A stretch of 62,927 nucleotides of DNA, the filler included, from Octopus bimaculoides (Eukaryota), in NCBI RefSeq assembly GCF_001194135.2. It is 4 parts of 4 records of this genome, joined end to end, with 100 filler letters (N's around TTAATTAATTAA, not from the genome) between each part and the next. Parts side by side here need not be neighbours in the genome. Positions count along the whole stretch, not along the records: positions 1 to 31,026 come from NC_068988.1; 3 more parts are not named here. One strand, given 5' to 3'. Under the pieces are notes generated by a model. The model ran no database searches. It was not told the origin of the DNA and was given only the letters and a program-made list of their open reading frames with translations. This document shows, piece by piece, positions 13,023 through 25,299 of this stretch; position 1 is the first letter of the stretch; each line of letters starts with the position of its first letter. A program made the translations under genes and the position numbers.

Positions 13023-14700
13023 GTCATCATCATCATTAATATTACTATTACAATATGATTCACCTTTGCTTTGTATTTGTACAAGTGGCCTCCAAGTCTC
13101 ACCCAGAGACCTCAAGAGAAAACAAGTTATGAGTTCATGTCGGTGTTATGCCTAGGGTGTCATATATTTTGTTTTGTGCATAGTATTGTTCTAGAGAATG
13201 GTTAAGAAAACATAAGAAAATTATGAGTTCTTTTGAAATTTGATGTTACATAGTATTTTACCTAGGATATGTGCAGCTCCCATGAGCGCTATGATTTGAC
13301 TTCTGCCATTTTGAGGTTTCCTGGTATCTGAGCTAGGTAGCAATCAGCCACTTTTGCAATCATTCCTAGAGCACCTATGACAGCGGGCATTGTTTTAGCC
13401 TTCAGGTTCCACTTTTTGGTAATTTCTATTTCAACATCTTTATAGTAGCTCAATTTTTGATAAGTCTTGACAGATACAATTATATCGATTGGGACAGTCA
13501 TATGAAAGAGGAGGCATGATTTTTGTCTGAAGTCTTTCAATATAATGTCTGGCCTATTTTCATCTATCTTTCTGACAGTTTCAATGGTGAAGTTTCAGAG
13601 GATTGAGATGTGCTCATTTTCAAGCACCGAAAGTGGGTTGTGTTCCTAGTGAATGTAATGTGCAGCTCTATCATGCCTGTTGAGATACTATGTAGGTCCA
13701 GGAAGACTGCACATAGAGGCAGTGGTTTGATTTTGTTGCTGATATACACATGTTGAACTGTTGCCGTTCTTTAATATGTTGGTAGTTTCTTGTAGGTAGG
13801 CATTGATGTTGCGGAGTATTGATGCCAGAAGCCATTAACCATTGATGGGTAAGTGATTTGTCAACATCGGTATAATTATCTCTCTTTGAGTATTTGCCAT
13901 TGAGAGGTTTTTCTTGCCATTTATCACTAAAACTATCTAAGGCAGCAGTTTTATCACAGGTTTTCATACGCTTCGCTTTTTCTCTGCTTGATTCCAGTAC
14001 GTATAATTCAGGATTTTGCTATGTTTGGAATTCACTTATATATTCCTTTGCCTGTTTTGTTACGAAAGTATGATGCGTTCTTGTTTTCACGTTTTGAGAC
14101 AAGTTTTAACACCCACTCCTCAGAGTTTTTCAGATAGGTATGTAGGCCAATTATGGCAATCTTCATTGTTAATTCCAGTTGCAAAATCTTTGGCTTCCTT
14201 CTTTTTCTGACAGATAAAGGCGTTCTACATCTGCCTTAGGGTGGTGCATTCTATACATTGTCAACAATTTTCGTATTTTTCTGTCAAGATTATATATTTC
14301 AGTAATGGACAGTTAATGATATTGAAACTGTAAGTCACGACTGGTATGGCTAAAGTATTGGTGGATTCTATCCTGTTTCTTGTATTCAGCTCTGTCTTGA
14401 GTATTGCTGTTACCCTGCAATAACATTCTCTTCTGATCCTTTCCCTCATCACGCAATGCTTGTTTCCGTCCCCTTCAATTACACCTAGGTATTTGTAGCT
14501 CTCCGCTGGTTCTAACCTCTTTATGACATTCTGCTGATCAAGGTTAACATTAGATATTTCTGTCATTGTTCCTTTCATAATTATAGCTTTTGCACATTTA
14601 TCGAGGCCAAATTGTTCGTTATTTTATAGAAGTTTTCCAGATTTTAAATCTTCTACCACCTCCTGTTGGTTGTGTATATAGCCTTCTAACGTCAGATTTC
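12250..14700 (-). mobile_element. Decayed 5'-truncated R4/Dong-like LINE (TAA-associated family) with an internal microsatellite at 12815-13045
   Basis: Minus strand motifs YKYLGVIEGDG, ILKTELNTRNRIE, WQEKPLNGKY, THQWLM, KYKDVEIEI-like, PAVIGALGMI, IALMGAAHIL. The long 3' UTR ends on (TAA)n at about 12250. Confidence 0.9.
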
Positions 14701-14759
14701 GAGTGGTGTACTGTCAACTCCGTCATTATTTTTCATGTTTTTCTATCTAGTTAGGTTAG

Positions 14760-14900
14760 TTTATATGGTGTCCAATTAAGAATATTGTAACATGAAGCTG
14801 TGCGTTTGATTCTCGGACAGAGCAGTGTCTTGTGTTCTTGAGGAAAACACATTATTTCACGTTGCTCCAGATCATTCAACCGTGGAAATGAGTTGTGATC
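14760..14900 (+). mobile_element. Decayed tRNA-derived SINE family E
   Basis: gtgttcttgaggaaaacacattatttcacgttgctccag matches the intact copy at 41089-41349. Confidence 0.7.
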
Positions 14901-16996
14901 CTCCTTTGCCTTTCCCTCACATAGAATTGGTGACATGGTGGCAGTGCTGGTGGTGGTGGGGGGCTGCTGGTACGCATGGTCGACTGCTGATCATTTATGA
15001 CAGAATGGGGTCGTTACCCTTTTATTTTTATTATTAGTAATATTGTTATACTCTTTTGTTTTGTGCTTTCGCTCAGTTTTGAATGCAATTCTGTGTATCT
15101 TAGATATGTACAGGATATTCTTCTATCGAATTGAATTCTTCTAAGCGATATATATCCGGTGACTTTCTGCACTATTATATGTAACTTATGCATATTCATA
15201 AATCATGTGCGTTTGATTTGATAATGAATACTTTTTTTTTTTGCATTACCACAGAATACTTTTAATACAGACATATATACACAAGCGCATTCACACATAT
15301 ATACATATAAACATAAATGGTACAGGTATTTTATCGCCTCCTTTGCCTGATATTTCATTTATGTGTTTCAGCCTTTTATTAAGGTCTTCCATAACACAAT
15401 ACTGCAGTTTAGCTATAGTTTCCATTTCTCTCCAGTTTAGTACATTCCATTAAACAGGTTCTTTTTCAAACTCAGAGAAAATCACATGTATGAAAGTCCC
15501 AAATCTCTCACACTTATAATTGTAATTTTTCTGGCTAATACTTTTGTGAGAGACAATGTGGTCAGTTCCTATTCTGATAATATCCTTGCATTTTGCATCC
15601 ACGTAATGTTTTGCTTCAGATGGTCACCGTTCAATCGGAATTACATTATATACCTTAATAGAACGAAAGGCTGTAGTCTTCAACACAAAATTGGGAAGAT
15701 TACGCAAGAAATAAAAGCTGTTGATATCAGAAAGAAACACATGGTGTTAAAATAATTCTGAATTTCTATTAAATCTATTTGGCGATTGCTTACGTGACGT
15801 TCCAGACATTAAATGTCACAGTCATTACCTGTTTTTCCATTACTGTTGTTTTCAATATCCTATTACGTGTAGTCTTGTATTTTAATAGACTTTTCATTGT
15901 TTCCAATATATGGAGTGAATGTTTTACTGAACATCGCAGGAAGATCCGGAAATATCGGACATTGTTTTTAGCCACGTTTCGTAGAGTGTAAAGCTTGATA
16001 GTGTTTCTAAGATCAATTCCTTATTTACTTCTGTTGCAAAGTAAATACTTTGTTGTGTATGGATGTGTGTCAACCTACGTGTGTATATATGTATTTATAA
16101 ATCTGCGCACACATATATCGCTGTGTTTGTGAGTGTATGTTTATACATATAGCTATGCATGTATGTGCTTGCGTGTGTCTATAGAAATGTGAGCATCTAT
16201 ATCAGCGATATATAATTCTCATGCAATAAGTCACCGTTTTGTTCGCTAAAAAATTTGGAAATATATATATGTGCGTGTGTCTGCAGTTTATGCATAAACA
16301 CAAACACAAGATCACATACAAACACAGGCATACACATGCCTCACACACATACACACGCACATAAACGCGCACATACACACACGTTTTAGTCGAGTCAGTC
16401 TCGTTCAGCTATAGAGTTTCACCTGTGTGCACACAAGCACATAAGGGATTTTAGACTGTGATGTGACTTTTTTTCTTTCCCTCTACGTCTTGCATGGTGT
16501 GGTAGTGGAAAAATGAAAATCAGAATAAACTTAACAGAATAAAATAGAGCAGAGGAATAATAGGGAAATAGTCACTGTATCGGAAATTGCAATATCGAAG
16601 TTAGTAATCGTTAAAATCCAACCCATAGTTATTCTTTTCTACTCTAGGCACAAGGCCCGCTATTATTGGGGAGGTGTGTGTGTGTTTGTGTCCTTATGCC
16701 CGTGTGCATGTATGTATTATGTATGTATGTATATGTATATATACTCGAGGAGATACTGAACAATTCCTGAAGTTACAGTTTCGTGAAAGGCCTGGTTGGA
16801 GACCCAACATTCTGAGTTGTTTTACAGGGTTTAGTTAAACTGAAGGTACCGCAACAATAAGTGAAATATGGTGAATAACATCATAAATCGCTGATCCTCC
16901 TGCATTTTCCTTTAACCAAATCCAGAAATTTTACAGTACCCCCTCGTATATCTATATATATGTTCGTTTGCGTGTGTGGGCGGGGATGTGCGCGCG

Positions 16997-17038
<42 letters not shown>

Positions 17039-17059
17039 GACGTATTTGTGTGTTGCATC

Positions 17060-17230
17060 CATATCTCCTACCACCATTTGACAAGTCGTGTTGGTGTTTT
17101 TACGTCTTCCTCACCCTAGCAGTTCGGAAAAAGAGATTGATAGAATAAGTACCAGGCTTAAACAAATAAATACCGGGGTCAATTCATTCGACTAATAATT
17201 CCTGAACGCTGCACCGTAGCTTGGCTGAAA
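17060..17230 (+). mobile_element. SINE family A, 3' part
   Basis: ccaccatttgacaag...gcagttcgg...ataagtacc matches 21140, 38645 and the inverse of 34445-34640. Confidence 0.7.
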
Positions 17231-17989
17231 TAAGTGGAAGATTAAAGAAAAATATGAAATATTATTAGCAGATTATTTAAACGTTACCGAGAATATGTAA
17301 ATATTATCAAATATTCTTCTGAGAAGAACGTACTCGTGGATACCTATCGAAACATAGAGCCACTAGGTTCAAATAGGACGCTGTTACTCATATGTTACGT
17401 GAAAGCTGACATATTTCTGTTTAAGAATTTTGTTGCAGTTTTGGATAAGAGTCCACCTCAAAATAGTTTTGTCTCTTAGTATTATGACTACAAAATATGG
17501 TTTTTAGTGTCTATTATCTATACTCAAAAGAGTACCCAGTTTATTTTCTACGTACAATAATTCATTAGAAAACAAGCATCCCTTTGTAAAGTAGGTAAAT
17601 GAAGGAAAAGCTGTTTTTGCTCTCATTGTTTTGGCTACTTATATTAAGACTACTGTCTCCATTGTTTTTACTTCTGCTGTACGTTTATATTCGTGCTGTA
17701 CTTTTATATTGATATTCGTGTTTCACATATAATCACTGATGTTAGTGGTACCATTGTTGCTATCATTACTGTTTATTTCAGTTTTTTGTTATAGTTATTG
17801 GAGTTGTAAATTATTTTACTCATGATTTCACGTTCATCGATATAATTTTCCAAGTGAGAAATGTTCTCGTTAATCATTCTCTTATCATGTATTATCTCAA
17901 AATATCTATCACACTGTTACCGCCATTCATTGCTTTGTGAACAATGAAAATGTAGTTCCTATTCAAGAAATGTCACTTTCTCTATATAA

Positions 17990-18160
17990 TCTTTTACTCG
18001 TTTCAGTTATCAGACAGCTGCCATGCTAAGGTACTGCCTCGAGGAAGTTTAGTGAAAAGACTTGACACCAGTACAATTTTTGTGCCTGATAAATATGTTG
18101 TTCTCTTTCGGAGAACCGCTAATTTACGGGAACGTCAACACACAAACACCGGTTGGTGGT
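17990..18160 (-). mobile_element. SINE family A, 3' part
   Basis: cttttactcgtttcag...ccatgct...ccgctaatttacgggaacgt matches the 34445 copy. Confidence 0.7.
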
Positions 18161-18212
18161 GGGTTACAAACACTCTGACATATCTATCTACCTATTTGTC
18201 TCTCTCTCTCTC

Positions 18213-18250
<38 letters not shown>

Positions 18251-18323
18251 NNNNNNNNNNNNNNNNNNNNNNNNNNNNNNNNNNNNNNNNNNNNNNNNNN
18301 NNNNNNNNNNNNNNNNNNNNNNN

Positions 18324-18362
<39 letters not shown>

Positions 18363-18949
18363 TACATATATGGGAAATTCTGTCTGTGGGTATGTTTGTG
18401 GAGTTGTTAGCTAGCTCCTCCTACATCGTTTTATCAAGTTTGCTGAACTCATGTGACTAGAACTCATCTCTGGAAACCTCATGGCATACTCAGATTATTG
18501 CAAAATCGATAATAGATCCCCTACAATGGATCCTTCTATATATCTATATTTTATTTTAAAAACTAAGGGAAATAAACCATTCATTTTCCTAAATTATTTG
18601 GTAAAAATGAAATTCACTATGCTTATTTTTTGGTATTTGAACTGTTAGAGTTATTTTCGCACTTTATCCAGTACAACCCTCAAACAAGTAAATAGTATTT
18701 TCCTAAACACTAGATCCACTCACTTCGTGACTTATTTACGAATATACCAACATATGAATATACCAAGATATGAGTAGTAACGCTACTAAAGATAAAGTTT
18801 ATTTGATAACATCCACAACTAAGTTACTACATCTTAACCCCAGGAAAAAGGCTTTCCCATGTCGTTAACTACATAAAGAGAGAAGCGACACACATATGCT
18901 AAAGTGATAACGAGCAAATTAACTAGATTTAAAATTTTATTTAGAGATT

Positions 18950-19620
18950 TTAAATCTTTCTCCCTGTTCCTGTCCACCTGGAGGACCGACCAAAGCGAAT
19001 CCCGAACAATTTAACCGGTAAATCCGTATAGCACTCTATGACACTGTCGATAGGCATAGACCTGTCTCTCCAGAGGCCTAGCTGCAGAACCAACGGCTTC
19101 TGGTTTTTCTTCTCACTCACTGCATATGGATTGATTATTTCTGATTTCTTCAATATCCGAGATATCCTTCACTATTTCGGTGACGTCGTCAGCATAGACT
19201 GACACGAACATTTTACATCGTAATTCAAGAAGCATACCCTCTAATCATCCAGTTTCTTAGTAATGGCTCGTTAGACAGCATGTAGAGCAAACTGGAAGCA
19301 AACTGGAACAAAGTGAAAGATTTGTGAGGCTTATACACCATCCTCCCCTATCTTCTAACCCTTATCGGCTGTATGTGAGTATCCATGATGGGGTTATAAT
19401 CGACCTCTTGCAATAAAGCGTGAGACGTCCTAGGGAAAACCTCAAAAGTACTGAAGAAATCTCGCTACTCCACTGGGTTAAGTCGTAGATAGTGACAGGT
19501 CTACGAGTACCAAATTTGCAATTGCTCACATCGAAGACCGCCAACGCATCCTTTTCAAAGAAGGTGGTTTGTACCTCACGTTCCCAGTCTTCCATAAAGA
19601 GCAATTCCATATCCACTCTT
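18950..19620 (-). mobile_element. Decayed L1/Tx1-like reverse transcriptase fragment
   Basis: Minus strand gives LLYMLSNEPLLR, VSVYADDV (YADD at 19185-19196) and TDLPVKLFGIRFG, resembling the Tx1 GPVKLLGVWFG motif. It may extend toward 20100. Confidence 0.75.
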
Positions 19621-20227
19621 CATGGCCGACTAAACTATACTTATTCTGTAAGTAATCGAAAATAAGGTTAGATCATTCGTATCGCGCTGATTGTCATCAC
19701 AGCCATAGCTTGTAACCTGAGGTCATTCAGCAGGCAGACTTGGTTCCGGGACGAACCCAAGCCTCATACATTTATATGACATTTACTCCCGCTATGATGA
19801 CAACCTGTTTAGAGCAGCACAAAAATATAGATGGGAATTTATTAAACTTTGGGGCATTGCTGAAGGTCACGAAGTTCTGCTGAAGGTCACCACTGCCATG
19901 TCTTGTTGGAGTTCCAAAAAAAAAAAACTCGCTTCAAAGCTTACTCATGAGTTTTTAGTAGGGATCCTCTCGTTGGGAAGGAAGCTCTCCCTCATTTTTT
20001 TGTGAGCATTCGCTCAATCATCAGTTTTCTGGCGATTGAACTATGTTAGTACCGAATATCTCGCCCTCACTCTTCCTTCATGCCATGATAGCCATTAAGT
20101 GTTTCTTGGCGATACTCACTAGCAGGGAGTTTTGTGTTTTTGTGGTCGGCTGTTGGTGTTGCTGTTGTACTATGGTTGGTTGGGCCAGACTCTAGTGAAT
20201 TTTTATCTATATTCTGTTACGAAGGAA

Positions 20228-20250
20228 AAATAATAATGATGATGATGATG

Positions 20251-20305
<55 letters not shown>

Positions 20306-20408
20306 CAACAACAACAACAGCAACAACAACAACAACAATAATAATAATAATAATAATAACAACAACACCAACAACAACAACAACAACAACAACAATAATA
20401 ATAATAAT
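20228..20408. repeat. Compound (GAT/AAT/AAC)n microsatellite
   Basis: Direct inspection. Confidence 0.95.
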
Positions 20409-20409
20409 C

Positions 20410-21082
20410 AGCAGACATTAATATCGCCTGTGGTGTCTTTCAAGGTTACACATTATCACCATTAATATTCTGCCTCGTTATGTTCCCATTATCCACGCAA
20501 CTGAATAATGCTAAGTGAGAGTATAAGATCTTTGACCAGAAAATTAATCATCTACTTTATATGGTTGATCCAAAACTGTTTGCCAAAAAATGACAAAGAA
20601 TTAGAAGACCTCTTGAATATTGTCAAAGATTTCAGCTCTGATATAGGTATGGAATTCGTACTTGATAAATGTGGAAACGCTACATTCAAGGCAGGGACGT
20701 CCATAAAGGCAAAAGACATAGAAACTGATACTACGACAGCTATCCGAAACCTAGACCAATCTGAAGTATGCAAATATCTGGGAACCAATGAAGGTGATAG
20801 TATCCAGCACTCTAAAATGAAAGAGAAAATCCGCAAGGAATGCTAACGAAGGGTAAGAATGGTCCTAAAGACGGAATTAAATGCTGCTAACAGAATTGAT
20901 GCCATCAATTATTTGACCATACCAGTAACCACATATAGCTTCGATATCTTTAAGTGGAGTCTCACTTACACGCCGAATATGGATGGAAAGATCCGTAAAA
21001 TCCTTAGAATGTACGGAATACACCATACAAATTCAGATGCAGACAGGATTTGCCTCCCACGAAAAATAGGTGGAAGCCCGGA
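20410..21082 (+). mobile_element. R4/Dong-like LINE RT fragment
   Basis: INIACGVFQGYTLSP, LYMVDPKLFAKND, KYLGTNEGDSIQHSKMKEKIRKE, LKTELNAANRIDAIN, HHTNSDADRICLPRKIGG. The 5' end abuts (TAA)n. Confidence 0.88.
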
Positions 21083-21139
21083 CAATATATATATATATAT
21101 ATGTATATGTATGTATTTGAGTTCATGTGTTTGCGCACC

Positions 21140-21320
21140 CCCACCATCACTTGACAACCAATGCTAGTGTGTCTACGTCCCCGTAACTTAACAGTTCGGT
21201 CAAATAGACCGATGAGATAAAATTTTGGATTTCGAAGAATAAGTGCTGAGATCGATCTGTTCGACTAAAGGCGGTGCTCCGGCATGGCCACTGTCAATTG
21301 ACTGAAACATGTAAAAGAAT
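21140..21320 (+). mobile_element. SINE family A, 3' part
   Basis: cccaccatcacttgacaacc...aaaggcggtgctccggcatggcc...gaaacatgtaaaagaataag. Confidence 0.8.
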
Positions 21321-21499
21321 AAGATAATAATATTAAGAAGGAAGAGGAAGTTAGAGGATGACAAGAGGATGATGACAGGAGGAGGAGATGAGGATGAGAT
21401 GAGGAAAAGAAGAAGCAGAAAAAGAAGCAGTATTACTAATAGTTGTAGTAGTACTACTAGTAGTAGCAGCAGTAGCATACATGATAAATGAAAGAAAAA

Positions 21500-21719
21500 T
21501 TTATTTCTTTATTGCCTAGAGTGTCTATACATAGAGGGGACAAACAAAGCAAAGTCAAAGTAATAGAGCCAATTACATCGACCCAGTGTGTAACTGGTAC
21601 TTATTTTATCGACCCCAAATTGATGAAAGTGAAATCGACCTCAGCGGAATTTGAACTCAGATGAAATATTGCTAACCATTTCGCCGGGCGTGCTAACGAT
21701 TCTGCTAGCCCGCCGCTCT
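21500..21719 (-). mobile_element. tRNA-derived SINE family B
   Basis: B-box gagttcaaattcc and the gaggtcga...ggggtcgataaaataagtacc core on the minus strand. Confidence 0.8.
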
Positions 21720-21815
21720 GAATGGAAGAAATATTAAATGATTGGGACGGCAAATGCAAGACGGACAATTTTGAAAGAGCAGAAAACCTTATCTTGATTA
21801 ATATTTCGTAAAGGA

Positions 21816-21880
<65 letters not shown>

Positions 21881-22684
21881 CGTGTGCGTGTGTGTGTGTG
21901 TGCGTATGATCGAAATATATATGATCAAGCAAATCCATGTTGTAATTCTTTAAATTTCAATGCTAATAAGCATATTTCATATTTCTAATGTTGTAGGAAT
22001 CAATGTGTTTCGAAGACAACACACGGCGCAATATCGTTGTCGGTCCAATGACCTCGTATTACGTGGAGACATTCCTACCACTATACAAATAGTTGTTGAC
22101 TTGAGACATAAGAACGAAATGAGGATGAAGTTTGGGACTTTGAATGTAACTTATAAAGATTTTTATATCTGAATAGTATTCTTTAATATCTAATGGTATA
22201 AACAAAACGTGATTTATTACAAGAAAGCGATCAGACTAAAATGTATACAGAATTTGTAAAATAAAGAATTGATGAAATAAATGTAAAGACAGTAAGACCA
22301 TGAAATAAATGATAAGTGCAAGAATAATAAAAACAGTATTTTCCAGACATTCCGATTAAATAAATATGAAGGAAATATAATGCACAGTAGACTGGTGACT
22401 TTCGAAACATAGTAAATATCTCCTTCTACTAAAATTAAATGCAGTAGTACACAGACAACAAAGAATTTGAACTTTGGCATAATGTTATACGTCAAGCAAA
22501 ATTACAAACATAATTGATAACGTTAACTGTTTCGAACGGAACATTAACAACATCAGTGTTATCATTCTCTGAAGGTCTGCATTGTCACACCTTCTGCTTC
22601 TTCTGGACACATCACATATACAAGAGGTGTCATAGTTGTTAATTATGTTAACTTTGAAGGTTTCAAAGAATAGAATATTATTTA

Positions 22685-22860
22685 CAGTTCTATATTTAAG
22701 AGATGAGGAATTTTGTACATTATTTACATTTTTTACATTTCACGGGTATTTGTCTTCTTGTTTGTTGTTAACACAACGTTTCGGCTGATATACCCTCCAG
22801 CCTTCAAGTGTCTTCGGGATATTTTGAACCTGGGTTCTCATTCCTAAGCTATTTTCGATG

Positions 22861-22898
<38 letters not shown>

Positions 22899-22923
22899 GT
22901 TATTATTATTATTATTATTATTA

Positions 22924-22993
<70 letters not shown>

Positions 22994-23185
22994 TGTTACT
23001 CTTCAGGTCACTGCCTGGAATCGATCTCGGAATCTTGGAGCGCGGGCTACTTACCCCAAGATTCCGAGTTCGAAATTTCCCCCAGGCACCAGATGAAGGC
23101 TGGAGGGTATATCAGTGAAAACGTTGTGTTAATAGCAAACAAGACGATGACAAATATGCGTCAAATGTAAATAATGTAAATAATG
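22685..23185 (-). mobile_element. tRNA-head/hammerhead-tail repeat with inverted tail, copy 1 (ribozyme cores mutated)
   Basis: 22730-22830 is inverted at about 23070-23180, with (ATT)n at 22861-22992 and a tRNA B-box remnant at about 23005-23030. It is closely similar to 27280-27683. Confidence 0.75.
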
Positions 23186-24402
23186 AAGAATATTCTATAT
23201 TTATGATCGTAAACTTTATTTCAAATGTATTTTAAGAAGTTTTTTTCACTTAGGGAGCGTGACATTTTATTCTATTTACTGACTCTGGATAATGGGGTGA
23301 AAGTCATAACACATGCTGACCTACGAGTGTGGTTTAGATTGATTCCGTTCACGTTACATTGAAACTACTGTAACTCAAAACTACTGGGAAGATGTTACGT
23401 GTGAGGTGAATTCAGAGGACCGATGATCCAGGAATGTGGTCAGTGGCAGTGAAACGGTTTAGAAACTTGTAGTTGAGGAGGAGTGGAGATACCTATAGTT
23501 ACTAACGCCTCAGTGATATAGATGGGAAATCTACCAATGTCGAGGGCATGATTGTTATGAGTAGATTATAAGATGTAAGGGAATCATCCTTGTAGCTAGG
23601 ATTTCTAATGCGTACGTTTTCCAATGCGTACGAAATATATATCATGAGATTATAGACGAGGAAGTTTTAATCGCTTTTTGAAGTCTAGCGGGCCTGATGT
23701 TGCTAGATACGATTTTGCTTGTGGACGGATATATCTACGTTTGGTTGTACTGTACATACCAATTTTACATAGTTGTAAAAGTTCCAGCAATAAATATCGA
23801 ATTTATTACAAAGTCAATGTAAACACAAGTTAAATTAACGGATATGATTATTTCGATTTCTGACACGTACCAAAACGACGATACTCTAAGAATTTAACAT
23901 GACCGTGATAGGCGATAGATTTCAGGAAGAAATTTGATAAGTTTATAGCATAAACATTCATGTGGTATTTGCAGCGTAACACAAAACTATTATGTTGATA
24001 TTCTAGGCTTTTACCAGTAGTAAAAGGAAGTTACATATTTAGTACAATGTTATATAGAATGTATATGAAGCACGTCTAAAGACGATTAAAATGGTGTTCG
24101 TTTCATTTACATTCCCTCTTTCCTTCGATATATAAAGATTAGTTTCTTTTATTAATAATTATTGTGATTTGATTCAAAAATTTGACCATGTCTAGTATTC
24201 ACCAGAGATAATAAAGTTATATGTACAATTAAGTTTGAAAATTATTTTGAAATATGAAAACTACTTATTTCTACAATATCGGAAAGTTGAACTGTGAACT
24301 TTTATGTTTCTTTTTTCTTCTCTCTTCATCTCCTTATTTCTTTACTCCAGTCCTATATGTCGTCATTTCATTAAACAATAGCCTTATCATTTTCCCTATT
24401 TA

Positions 24403-24456
24403 TCTCTGCTGACGGAATATCCCATACTCTGGGATATCTCAGAAACAACTGTAAGA
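24403..24456 (+). ncRNA. Degenerate minimal hammerhead-like motif
   Basis: UCU-CUGCUGA-C-[GGAAUAUCCCA/UGGGAUAUCUC stem]-A-GAAA-C-AACU-GUA-AGA. It has an A6C core change and one extra base before GAAA. Confidence 0.4.
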
Positions 24457-25299
24457 CTTTAAATTTTTTTTCAATAATAATAATGTATATGACTTGAGAT
24501 GTTCACCTTAACTTAATGTTTATTGTACTCTTTAACAATTATATATCTGCTATATAGGAAATCTGCAATGGCTCCATATCTTCCGCCTCGGCTACAAACC
24601 TGGGGCACAAGTAATCCGTTACAACACTTAACTAGCGTGCCTAATCTTTTAAACCACCTGTGAACTAAACTCCCATACTTCATATATATATCCACTTTAC
24701 ATAATAAATCATTCATGATTTTATCTGGTGGTCATTACGAAAATAAAATCTTATAGATAAATTTTCTAAACATCATATTAATACTTATATACATAGTTAT
24801 AACATGAGTCGGCAAGACGACTCTCCACGCGATGAAAATAGACACCAAATTACGATAAAACTAACTTAAATACTCTAAAAATGGAGGTTATTGTCGAGCA
24901 AAAGAGATAATAAATTAAACTTTTGGTAAATCGTGTATAATATCTCATTTCAGGTTTAAAGTAAAAATACTTACTGCTGAAGATGGCAGTAAGTATTTTT
25001 ACTACAAATCTGATATGAGAGCTTATACACGATTTACCAAAATGTTGTTTATTGTCTTTCTTTTGCTGGGCTGTCACGGAATTTTAATTATTCTTAAGTA
25101 TAGAAATATGTTTTGTATATTAATGGATGTTTCTTAAGAATTTATATCGAAGTATAAATGTATTGTATTAACACTGTCTCTGCAGTTTAAATGAAGAAAC
25201 CGCATGAGACACCAGATTCCCATACAAATACTATGCCAAAGTTGTGAAGAATCGATGAAAATGATATTGGGAAGGACGTATTGGCGAATTTACTGTTGA

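Noticed and set aside
19170-19196. CTGACGA...GAAA on the minus strand
   Set aside because: It is the YADD codon stretch of the Tx1-like RT and has no helix II.
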